NCBI GenBank assembly: GCA_965235115.1
Contig: OZ249436.1
Coordinates: forward strand, 41,294,001 to 41,358,000
Length of the DNA: 64,000 nucleotides
Direction: 5' to 3'
From: Laetmonice hystrix
Lineage: Eukaryota
Both the position numbers and the translations under genes were made by a program. The notes under the pieces were generated by a model. The model was not told the origin of the DNA. It searched no databases and was given only the letters and a program-made list of their open reading frames with translations. This document shows, piece after piece, positions 12,750-25,356 of this stretch; position 1 is the stretch's first letter; every line of letters begins with the position of its first letter.

Positions 12750-15700
12750 TCCCCAGTCCAAATTTTGAAGGTATACAATAAACACACTTGACTCCATAGT
12801 AAACCACCTGAACTTGGGAAAAAGTCACAGTGCGCCACATAACTGGCTAAATGTGGGCAAAGAGCAAATAATCCATCCAGTCAGTGGACTATTAGACTAC
12901 TATACCTGTGCATGGGACAAAGTTAAGCCGTTTTGATACCTTTTAATCACCATATAGGGGCAAAGATAAGATATACTGAAACAGCCTTGGCTGTATCAGA
13001 GAAACACCTGTGTATGGGGGAGGGAAAAAATCATACATTTTAAAGGCCTTGACGGTATCAGTGAAAACCTTGGTTGTAAAAGTGATTCACCTGTCCATGG
13101 GGCAAAGATCAAGAATACACGTAGATCATCTCAGTATCAATGAATATAGCCGTTTGTCAGCATAAGCACTGCAAACCCGTGATTCGTTCATATAAACACC
13201 ACCAAAAACCCTTACATGCTAAAGCCAGTAAGCAATATAACCTCCGTATGTGCCATTTTGAAATTGGAACTATCTGTAAAGGGGTAAAGATCGGACGTTT
13301 CACTTAGTTGAATAGGTGAGCCACTTGTGTATGACACAAGTAGATATACGTCACAACATGGTGTAATCAGGATGATTATATATGTATGATTGTATATGAT
13401 GTCAAAAGTCTTATTTAGACAACCTTGGCTGTTTTAGCAAACCACCTGTGTGTTTTCTAAGTTTAAAACATTACACAGCCTGGCCTGTGTTATCAAACCA
13501 CCTGTGTATGGGTAAATATATATTAGCCAGCCTTGGATGTATTATTGAAACCACCTGTCACGTGGGTAAAGCCGCGACTGTCAAACTAACTGTGAATGGG
13601 GTAGGACACCACCTGTGAATGGGATAAATTGTAGATAGATTTGACAGCCTTGGATGTATTTAACCACGTGTGTATTCGTGGCCTTGGCTGTCTAAAGTAA
13701 ACCACATCGGTAAAATCAAATTATATTTGGCAACTTTATTTGGTTGCACCTTGTGAATCACCTGTGTCTAGGGCAAAGATCAATGCTCGCCAATAAATGC
13801 ATGTGCACGTCCTGTTACGCCTGTCTGACGCAACTGAGATATATTAGGGATCTTTGATTATCTCAAAACTGTATCAAATATGCAACGTTTGTAAAACATT
13901 CAAAAGTTCCGCACGTTTCACGAAATGAAATAGTCGGAAAATTTACGCGATGGAGGAAAAATACCCGTACGCCAAATTGCACATAAAATTAACGGTGTTC
14001 AGTATTATACCCGTTACTTGCCTAAAAGTAAGAAATGCACCATTTAAACTACTTGTGCATGGGGCAAAGATCTGATCAGACACTTGAGACTGAATCACTT
14101 GTATAGGGGCAAAGATTGAACATTTGACAGCAGCTGCTGTATCAGAGAATCCCATGTGCATGAAGCCATAAGTAAACACTGTGGCAGCCTGGGCTGTCTC
14201 AGTCAAGATTTCTTAAAAACAGCCTTGGCTGTTTTAGTAAACCACCTGTGTGGGGGTATATTACACAGCCTTGGCTGTGTTCTCAAACAACCTATGTATG
14301 GGTAAAGATGTGGGCAAAGAGCAACTAATCCAGTCAGTTGAATGTTAGAATACTATACACCTGTGCGTGGGGCAAAGATCAGGCATTTTTATAACTTTGA
14401 ATCACCTGTATCAGTGCAAAGATAAGATATGCAGCCTGGTGGTATTTTCAAACCACCTGTGTGTGGGTAAAAATTTAATATTACACAGCCTTGGCCGTGT
14501 TTTCAAATCACCTGTGTATGGGTAAAGATTAAATATTACACAGCCTTGGCCGTGTTTTCAAATCACCGCTGTATATGCCGCAACCTTTTGTTGCATATCA
14601 TGTCAGTTAAATTTCTGTTACAGCCTTGGCTGTTTTAGCAAATCACCTGTGCAGGGGTCAAGATACATTAATTAGCCAGCCTTGGATGTATTATTCAAAC
14701 CACCTGTCAAGTGGGTAAAACCACGACTGTCAAACTACCTCTGAATGGGGTAGCACACCACCTGTGAATGGGGTAAATAAATAATTTATTGTAGATAGAT
14801 TTGACAGCCTTGCATGTATTTAAACCACGTGTGTATACGTAAAGCTCGCTCGATAGTTTTGTTCATATTACAAGACCACACATTTTGACAGCCTTGGCTG
14901 TCTAAGTAAACCACATCGGTAAAATCAAATTATATTTGGCAACCTTGGTTGCACCTTGTGAATCACCTGTGTCTAGGGCAAAGATCAATGCTCGCCAATA
15001 AATGCATGTGCACGTCCTGTTACGCCTGTCTGACGCAACTGAGAGATATTAGGGATCTTTGATTATCTCAAAACTGTATCAAATATGCAACATTTGTAAA
15101 ACATTCAAAAGTTCCGCACGTTTCACGAAATGAATAAAAATTGTCGGAAAATGTACGCGATGGAGGAAAATACCCGTACGCGAAATGGCACATAAAATTA
15201 ACGGTGTTCAGTATTATACCCGTTACTTGCCTTCAAGTAAGCAATGCACCATTTGAACCATTTGTGCATGGGGCAAATATCAGACACCTTCGACTGTGAA
15301 TCACCTGTATCAGGGTAAAGGTTGGACCTTTGAAACTGTATCAGAGAACCTCATGTATATGAGGCCAAAAGTAAACATTGTGGCAGCCTGGGCTGTCTCA
15401 GTCAAGACAGCCTTGGCTGTTTTAGTAAACCACCTGTGTATGGGTAAAAAATAAATATTACACAGCCTTGGCCCTGTTTTCAAATCACCTGTGTATGGGT
15501 AAATGTTAATTACACAGCCTTGGCCGTGTTTTCAAACCACCTGTGTATGGGTAAAGATTTAATATTACACAGTCTTGGCTGTATTCTCAAACAACCTTTG
15601 TATGGGTAAAGGTTAAATGTTACACTGCCTTGGCCATGCTAAACTACCTGTGTATGGAGAAATATTAAATATTACACAGCCTCGGCCATGTTTTCAAACC

Positions 15701-16230
15701 ACCTGTGTATGGGTACAGATTTTATATTACACAGCCTTGGCCGTGTTTTCAAACAACCTGTGTGTGGGTAAGATTAAATATTACACAGCCTTGGCCGTGT
15801 TTTCAAACCACCTGTGTGTGGGTAAAGATTAAATATTATACAGCCTTGGCCGTGTTTTCAAACCACCTGTGTATGGGTAAATATTTAATATTATACAGCC
15901 TTGGCTGTGTTTCAAACCACCTGTGTATGGGGTAAAGATTAGAAACCTCTTGTGTATGGGATATATACATTGTTGTCACACCAACTGAATAGGGTAGTCC
16001 CACCACCTGTGTATTTCGTAAAGTTTAGATATACAAGACCGCATTTGCTGTATTGTAAAACCACCTGTGTATATGGTAAAGATTAAATTTATATATGAGA
16101 CAGCTTTGGCTGTATGTTGACATTCTCAATGTATGGGTTAAAATGAACTATATCACGCAATCTTGGATGTATTATGAAGCCATCTGTATGTGGAAACCCG
16201 TTCACAGCCTTGGCTCGTCAGTGAACCAAT
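12750..16230. repeat. Degenerate field of a 55-bp satellite with a higher-order 1.2-1.5 kb duplication
   Basis: Unit AATATTACACAGCCTTGGCCGTGTTTTCAAACCACCTGTGTATGGGTAAAGATTA is homogeneous at 15410-15940 and decayed elsewhere. 13520-14250 matches 14670-15430. Confidence 0.9.
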
Positions 16231-17087
16231 GTGTATAGGTCAAAAAATATATTACCAGATTTAACATAGGATGAAGTGACAAAATTAATTCTAGTGAAAA
16301 AAAAACATGTACTCCACCTCAGTCCTTCTTGATACATATCATATATGTGTATGGACAATAGCTCATTGCATATATTTGTAGGTACAAATGGTTGTTGGAT
16401 ATGAGGCACTTTTTTAAAAAATGAGAAAAGAAAAATAATTAATATGCATATTACACAGAACGAGAATCAACGTTACTTTTGCGAGATGGAAACCGAGATG
16501 CTTGAGAAATCCATCTGTGATCCTCTTATGACTGTACCAAATATACAGACATTTTGCCAGCATCCACTAAACCCGTCAAACATTAGTTATATTCGCAAAA
16601 AGTACGCGATTGGGGAAAAATACGTTGATCTTTGAATTACTGTACCTGTGCATGGGACAAAGATGACATTTGAAACTAAATCACCTGTAGAGGGTAAAGA
16701 ATGGCTGAAGATAGCATGACCTTATCATTGAAAACATTTATTTGGAAATAGTACCTTGTATAGAAGGAGAGTGTATGTCCATAATGATCGACCACCTAGC
16801 TCCACCTATTCAATCTTGCCGCCTGAACAATATTGTTTTTGCCTGAAGTTATAGGCCTATGTGCGTGTGCACAATTCGCATCGAGATCTGCGAGACAGAT
16901 TTCTGTATCGCAGTAATCATTTAAGCGCATTTAGATCATCATCTTTATGTATTCACCAGGGCTATCACTGTCCCTAATGAATACGTCCGTCATTAAATAG
17001 ACCAATTTTGGCCTAGTTTCCTTAAATGAGATATACCTAGACGTCTCCAGATGTATCTCTAGCTAGTAGTACTAGAAACCGGTCCTA

Positions 17088-18163
17088 CCTGTCGCTGAGG
17101 CATGGCACATACTGTCAAACAAAAAAGGAGAAATTTTGCCATTAATAGTTCTGAAATTACTTGATCGATTCGATACTACATTATTGGGCGAACCAGGAGC
17201 AACAACTATTGAAGCCAGATGAACTCATATATACTTGAATCGGTGATAACGTTATCTACATTATTAAAATCAAATTAAGTCAAAAATATCAAAATGCCCC
17301 ACTTACTGATCCAGTGTCCAGGTGCCGCTTCTCGTAGCTGATGGGAACCTGGTTGATGGGAACCTGGTAAATGCCACACGGCATATAAAGTCATGCCACA
17401 CGGCATATCAGTTCCATCAGGCTTATCAGTTCATCAGGTTAACGTCCACCAGGATGCCATACATCCTCGGCTCACAAAACACAAATTTCGCAGGTTCATT
17501 GGTTCGTATCCATGAGACACCTCACACACTCCAGGTAATCCGTGCGGAGAAGGGCAGGAATAACATGCACAGATGGCAGCACATGTCACGCGCCGTGTCA
17601 GGGTTAGGTCATTACCTCAGACATGGCGTCCTCAGCGAAACGCTTGCTCGAAAACCTAAGGGTAAAAAAGGACAAGCATATGGAAAAGTAAAGAGTCTTC
17701 CAGTCTCACGAGGTCTAGGGTGAGTTCAAGAGATATAGAAAGTAGGCTTATACAACCACCTTTGTGTAAATGTCGCTGCCCAGAGTAGTTGGGCAATTAA
17801 ATCTGAGCCTTGATACATTGGCTGGGCAAGAGTAGCTAACAGGTCACATTACACCACTGGGCAAAAGTATCTAGGAGGTCACATTGCATTTCTGGGCAAT
17901 AGTATCTAAGATGCCACATTACGTGACTGGGCAATATCTTTAGCCACGTTACAGTGGCTGTGCAGTGGCATGGTCAATCTACAACGGATGGCGGCATAGT
18001 CGTCATCCAGCCTACACTTTGAACACACTATATGACAGATTTGAATTATAAGTAAATTCTTACCTTAATGTACATTTATCATTAGGTACATCTTGTGCGA
18101 TAACCCTGAAGCCCTTCTCCAGATAACTGCACGGGGAGCGAGGAGATGATCCAGGAAAAATCC
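17088..18163 (-). pseudogene. Candidate decayed multi-exon gene of unknown family
   Basis: Phase-compatible AG/GT-bounded segments 18163-18064 (IFPGSSPRSPCSYLEKGFRVIAQDVPNDKCTLR) and 17655-17616 (FSSKRFAEDAMSE); further donor sites at 17306 (gtaagt) and near 17087. Confidence 0.3.
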
Positions 18164-21100
18164 CTGAAAATCTAAAACCGAAAGTTCAGCTTTGCAGACT
18201 TGCAGAAAAAGAAATATCACAATACAGTAGTTTGTTAAAAATGTTTTTGGCCTTGAAACTACAAATAAGACCAAAATTAAGATATAACAAAATTACAATT
18301 ATAACCCGGTTCATATCCCGATGTTACAGGGAATGTTACGCTGAATTCCGGCAGATAATTCTCATCCTTGATTTTCCCCCTATAATTTACCACTGCCAAT
18401 ACCGTAGTTATATACAGACTGCTAGCCCCACCTGTAGGCCTACATTAATTCGTCAGCATGGAACTTCACTGGACATTTTGGAAGCTGAAGGGCCCCCAAA
18501 AACACCCCTGTAGCTAGGGGCATATTAATTTACGAACAGCTTCCCGAGAGTTGTACAGGGCTGTAAAACCACATGCCGTTATAGGTGCTAGTGACCATCA
18601 GTTACAGTTTATCAAGCACGGAGGCGTAATGTTAATAGAAAAAAATCAAACTACATTAAGGCATATTAAATATACCCAACAACCAAAGCAAGAATACAAC
18701 TTGGCATGTGGCGTTATTTTGCAATGTACGAATGTAAGGAAAGCAAGTGCAAAGAAGCACATTGTATACGCGGTATGTTTTGTAACATTCACCAATGTGG
18801 ACAGAGTAAACAAGTATAATGTCTCAAGTTTGCGGATAGACTATAGAACTGTATTTTTGGGTTGGTTGGTGTGTATACTTCAAGCCCCTCATAAGTGTGT
18901 ATTCTGCACAACTTACTCTGTTGATCTATGACTGTAGGCTGGTCGTTTTAGTAGTTCATATCACAGCAGCCAATACACCAGAGTAAGCAAGACCTGAACC
19001 GTTCGACTCAGGAAAGTCTGCAATAAATAGAATAAATAAATTTCAGCCTTAGATAAACTGGTACCCTAACTCGGAATAACCGTGGAACTCGAAAAGAATT
19101 GGGCCGTTCAAATTTTTCCAGTAGTGTACGCAGTCGTACAGAATCAACTAAATCCAGTGGAATTCTCCAAGACCAAACCCCATAAGGTAGATACCTTGAT
19201 TTCTAAATTTGCAAATCTTGAGTTGGTCATAAATGAGTAAGGAAGACTTCCCAATTCATTTGAAATTTTCATACGGTTGCACAAACATTTTAAATTGTTT
19301 AAGATAAGAACCGAAATTTACACAAGCATGTTTTCGCACGTTCCCCTTCTACCTATCAAGTAACCGAGGAAATGATTATCTTTCCGTTTTATCCAGTCAA
19401 CATTTTTACGTACCATGCCGAAAATTCTCTGCCGCAATTCCTTGCTGATAACATTTCATTCGCACACATGTACAATCGTCTCTCGAATGAGCAAAGCTGA
19501 ACTTCAAATAACTCTTTTATACCACACAGCGTTCTCAAGAGCCAATCTGATTGGACTGCTTGTCCAAGGGATGTAAACACACCTCGTGCCACGATACGCT
19601 TTGATGTCCGTACCACATCGCAGGTTCAAGGTTGTCAAGGCATTGTTTCCAGCCATCAGCAATATTATAAGCGATTTTTGCATTGCGAACGCGCATGGTT
19701 TGTTTGGTAGCAATGCCAGTCATGGTTCGTTGGGTACTCAGGAGTAGATTGCGAGTGCACGTGGCTTGTTTGGTAGCCAGACTCATCCCACAATGCACCG
19801 TGCGGTTGCAATGCGAAAATCGCTTATTATATTGCACGGATACATGCGTAATTTCAGCCCACCTTTTTCATTATACTTTGTGATGAAATGCCACCATTTT
19901 GCGTAAAGACAAATTATTACGAGAGTGCAAACAATGACTATCTCTAATTAAAAAAATACACAAAAATCTTGAAATTGGCGGGGCTGAATGTTCCAAGTTT
20001 TACTTTGAAAAAGATAAGTCTGCAGTGCTGTCGAACCCCGACTGCCCGGTTGATTCACGATCGAGTCCCTGAATCGAGATGCTAAAAATGAGGTCCCCTA
20101 TTATTAATTGGTGCATACTAAGCTCACGTACATAGGTCAAATGCATCTAGACCTATTTCCAACCCCCTGTCCCAGACTAAAGCGATTCTGTTCTCAAAAC
20201 AGTTGAAGGGAGCCAGCTACATCTTATGTTAGAAACATTCCAACTATTTCCGCTATAGCTACCTGCATATTTGCAAATTCATCTCCAAATGCCAATCATA
20301 TTTGGTAGAAAATCGCTTTGTAGGCCTAACCTGTCGTATAAACACCGGTTTCAATTTATAACGCGGTCATGTATGGTATCGGTTTTGGCAGCAGTAGTCG
20401 TGACTAAACACCGAAACCGAGCGAATTTATCTAAACCTACCTTGGCATATACCGACACCGACCTATTTTTGACCACGACTGGCCACGATTGGCTATGATT
20501 CTTGGAAGACAGAGAGAGACAGAGAGATACAGAAAGAGACATGTACAGATAGGCAGACAGGCAGACAGAACAGACGGACGGAGATTGAAAAAAATGATAA
20601 AAGCAAAGCCGACTGCAGTATAGATCTACTTGTATCGTATAACATAACAGTGCATAGGCATATTGGTTAGAGAGAGCACATCTTACGTACTTCACATTTG
20701 GAATTAATTTATTCTAGACGAATAAAGGGATATACAAAGATATGAGATCAACATAATATACCACCTCTCAAGGCGCCCTCTATCGTGGAGTTGCCACCTA
20801 GCGGCACATAGCTGACACGCAGCTGGTTGTCGATGGACTGACAGGAGGCCATTTGTACGAAAGATACACACAGATAATCTATAATAACGAAGAGCCTTAC
20901 TAGTAAAATCATGTCACAACAGAAATTCAGAGAGGGAGGTACGGGATGGAAGAAGGAAGAAAAGAAAGGGTCGGATTGTTGTACTCCATTATATTAGTAC
21001 CTGCCGGACTCTACGGCCATGATGGAACTGTCAACATCTAGGCTGACGATACTTGTATCTCATAACATAGCAGTGCATAGGCCTTTTGTTTGAAGATACC

Positions 21101-23028
21101 AGAGATATTCAAATATGTGTCCATAGCAAACAAGACATAGCTCATGGACATGGTTACGATCCTCAACCCTATACCATCTCTTATAGGCCTACCTTGTAGG
21201 CCTACCATCAGGTCATTATGCCTACTCAACCTTAGATCTACCAACGCCAGTCTCTATAGCCCACGACCAATTACCCATAGATCTCCCAAAGTCCCTGCTA
21301 TTTTAAACGATATAAATTTCAGACAATGTATTTTCCTAATTATTGTTTGATTTGCTGAGGTGTCCACATAGGTGGGCATCTCCTCTCCAAATTTCATCAA
21401 GATATCTCAAAAACTCGCGGAGTTGTCAGTATTGCCTTACAACTACCTAAATGACACATAACCGTGCAAGATGTTGAAAAAAAAACAAGACAAAATAGAT
21501 TCCCATTCCACATGGAAGAGAAGAGGGGCAATCTATCGGATCGTTGTATTAAACTGGAAATTTCAGAATTTCAGAATTCCATTTCAGAATTCCGCTCCTC
21601 CATAAAGGGAGGAGCGGAATTCAGAAATGTCGGGTTTCCCAAGGTATGGTATCAGAAAAATAGTCTAGAACAAAAAAAATTGCAAGATTGATGTTTGATT
21701 GATATGCTCTTCTAAACTTTTCTATTTGTGAATGGCCCGGTTTTGTATATATAGTGACTCTAAGTTTCTGGACACCACAAATGGTGTCTTCTTACACAGA
21801 GGCTTCGAGACAGAATATCTAAAGAGGCCTATTATGTCAGTGTTGGGAGGACGCCCTTTAGAGGCGTGTATGATATAGGAGTTCTTTTACGCACTGATCT
21901 TCCGTACTTGAGATTTGGAATTAACTTTTATGGACAAAAGATACGTCGTGGTGATACCACAATGGATCCCATCCCCGGGGTGTTAAAGGGACTCGACACC
22001 AATAAGCCAAAAATTTCTGACCCAGAGATTTTCAGGCTACTTTCACATAAAATAATTCTACATTTTTCGAGTATTTTGGTGCAAAGAAAATGGCGGGTCA
22101 CCATATCGGATCCTGAGTTATGAGCATTTGAAGATAGGCCTTCAACTCGCACTACTACAGTCTACAGTAGAGAGAGATACGTGAAATTTTTGGTTCGAAT
22201 TAGAAGAGAGAAGATTTTTTTCAGACATTTCTAACCCAGAGATTCTGAAAATACTTCTCAGAATTGTTGCATGACTTGTTTTGAACACTTTAGATTAAAA
22301 AAAATCATATGTCACCATGGAAATTAATGAGATATCGACATTTTCACTACCAAGGGTCTTATCGGTCCAATAGACTCCAATGTTAAAACACATAGTCAAG
22401 TACATTTTTCTGGCATCGTGAAGCCTTTTGTCAAACTGTTTCTGGGATGCGAAGCGGCCAGACTTGACTCTGCCTCTGCATTGCCGTGTTGTTGACAGCA
22501 TTGAGTGACGTAAAAAACGCGTTGCAACGTGTAAAAATAGAGTTCGTCAATTGCCACGAGGTGGCGCCACTGAGAAAAGTGACGCGTCTCTTTAAGAGAA
22601 GCGATAACAATGGTGCTATCATGCACCCGTGACGACTTATAAGCCTTAGAAGATGCAAATAATGTCATTATGACAAATGAAAGAGCATATGACTTCCTAT
22701 TAGTGTTTAATAGTAACTATGGCTCTAACTTTAACCATTTACAAGTTATATCCCTGAGAAAGTATGGATGACATCGTTATGACGTCACAGGACCTGAAAA
22801 ATAATGGCGCCAAATGAAAGAGCATATAGGACTTCCTATTCGTCTTCAATAGTAACTATGACCCTATCTGGCACTGTTTAGAAGTTGTAGCCATAGATAG
22901 CTAAACTGAGCACTGTTGAAAAATTCAAGGTCACGTGATTCAGCGAATATAGGTCAAATCGCTTATCCCTGGATGATTCTATTAAAGCAAAGAGAGTGTT
23001 GCTGCCCAATATTGTCAAATTTTACCAA

Positions 23029-23182
23029 AAGATGAAGAAGAAGATGAAGAAGAAGAAGAAGAAGAAGAAGAAGAAGGAGAAGAAGAAGAAGAAGAAGGAG
23101 AAGAAGAAGAAGAAGGAGAAGAAGAAGAAGAAGAAGAAGAAGAAGAAGGAGAAGGAGGAGGAGAAGAAGAAGAAGAAGAAGA
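23029..23182. repeat. (GAA)n/(GAG) trinucleotide microsatellite
   Basis: Directly visible. The homologous positions at about 23761 and 27718 carry only a few units. Confidence 0.97.
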
Positions 23183-23879
23183 ACCGATTTAACCAATTTG
23201 TAAGTTGAGGCCCATTTCTCCCAACGGTCAAAGGTCAAATGAAGGCTTAATTTTAAGCATGACCCATGCCTGATGATAGCACCATGATGGGTTTTGGAAA
23301 TGGCCTCAATGTACAAATCACGTTTGACGTCATAACGTCATGACGTGACGTCATGACTGATTGTATGACGTGTCTTTGTCATGGTCAACGTGTGTATTCA
23401 TGAACAATTATGGCTCTGTCTTAAATCTTTCAAGAGTTACAGCCAGGAATCTTCCAAATGACCTAACTTTAAACTTTGCAGGTCACGTGGTTCAGCGAAA
23501 ATAGGTCAAATCCTTAAAAATAATGGTGCCAAACGAAAGATCATATCACTTCCTATTTGTGTACAATAATAAACATGGTCCTTTATGAGAAGCGTCTTCG
23601 AGTTATAGCCATAGATATGTAAACTGGGTACTGTTCAAAAGTTCAATGTCACGTGACTCCGGGAAAATAGGTCAAATCGCTTATCCTTGGATAATTATTG
23701 AGAAGCTCTTGTCAGAGAGTCTTTCTGCCAAAATTTAATATAGTCAAGTTTTATCAAAAAATGAAGAAGAAGAATAGGGATTTCACCGATTTACGGTCTA
23801 GGACCCAGTTTTCCTAAGGTCAAAGGGCAAAGGTCAAACGAAGGGTTAGTCTTTGGCAAGATCCTTGCCTAATCGAAAT

Positions 23880-25090
23880 GGGGGGTTTACACGGGCACGA
23901 TTTTAGGGCACGCATTGCCACGCACTCGGGCGTGCCAATGCGCAAAGTATGCGTAAACTAGCGTGAAGAGTGCGTGAAGTGTGCGGGAATGCGTGGCATG
24001 TCGTAGAGAGAATTTTAAACTGTTCAAAATTTTGGCACGCATTCTTTTCGGGCCATGTTCGTGAACTATGCGCAAACACTGCGTGAACACTGCGTGAACT
24101 CGTCGCGAACACTGCGGACGGTGCGCGTCAGTGCGCACCATGCCAAGCCATGCCACGACATGTCACGCAGTCACACGCCTTGTTCACGAACTGTCCACGA
24201 CTAGGATGCGCCAGTGCGGTCCTCAAGGTATGTGACGTGTACTTCACGTGTAGATCTCAGAAGCAGTTCACGACAAGTTCACGCATAGTCACGAACAGTT
24301 TGTGCATGGCACGACCTCCTCACGACGTGCTCACGCAGCGATTGCGAACAGCTCACGACCAATGCACGACAATGTCGCTCGCGGGTATATAAAGGGCTTC
24401 GTGGCCACGCGCCATTCCAGAACTTGCCAGCGAAAACAAAACATGCGGAAAGGACGAGGAAGAGGGAATCAGAGAGGGCGACAGTCCGACAGGCCGGAGA
24501 AAGAGGCCGCCGAGAGAGATATCTCCCCCCAGTCGTCCACATCAAGTGTCGACGTGGAGACCCAGCAAGATCCCCAGAGAGAGCCATCCAGTGGGGAAGA
24601 GGCGACCCAGCAGAAAACCCAGCAGAAGAAGAAACGGATCCGGGTCTCCAAAAAAGAAATCCCCGAGTACTGCTGGACGGATGAGCGGACGAGGAGGGTG
24701 GCGGTTGGGGAATGAAGAACCCAGTTGGGGAATGAAGCCAGAGGTGAGACGGACCCCTTTTTATATGGCGTGCCAAGCGTGGCCGAAACTCGCCACGACG
24801 ACCTGAGATTTGCGCGATCTCGTCGGGCCAATGCGGGTTGTGCGTAAAGTGTGCTTGACATCGCGTGAACAGTGCGTAACATATGCGTAGATACGTCATG
24901 CCATTTCGTGTCAATGCGCAGACTTTTGGGCACGCATTGCGCAGACAGTGCGTAATCTATGCGTGAACAGTGCGCGAACAGTGCGCATGGGATGCTTCAC
25001 GATCCACTGCGTTGCACCAAAATGGCACGCCTTGCCACGACACTTTTCGTGCTATTGCGTGCCCTAAAATCGTGCACGTGTAAACCCCCC
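23880..25090. mobile_element. PIF/Harbinger-like internally deleted DNA transposon
   Basis: TIRs GGGGGGTTTACACG(G/T)GCACGATTTTAGGGCACGCA at both ends, CACG-rich subterminal arms and a truncated ORF 24443-24715 ending EYCWTDE. The TSD is not cleanly resolved. Confidence 0.8.
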
Positions 25091-25356
25091 ATTCGCCTTG
25101 ATAGATATTGTACATTCCCAATACAAACTTTAAAAATGGTCCCCAATGTCCCAAAAATTTGACGTCATGACGTTACGTCACGTGACGTCATGACTCATTG
25201 TCTGACCAGACTTCGTCATGGTCAACATGCCTACCCAGATTGGTTGAGATATCTTGAAAACTGACTGTGATAGACGTACTGTTTACTACTACTACTATAA
25301 CGCAAAGACCATACAGTTTCAAGATCCCATCCCCGTGTAAGGGGAAGGGGGGAAAA

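Noticed and set aside
20020..20085. tRNA or SINE head (GGTTCGA B-box-like motif on the minus strand)
   Set aside because: No cloverleaf or convincing A-box.
22963..23316. Poly-K, poly-L and poly-F ORFs
   Set aside because: Translations of the (GAA)n microsatellite.
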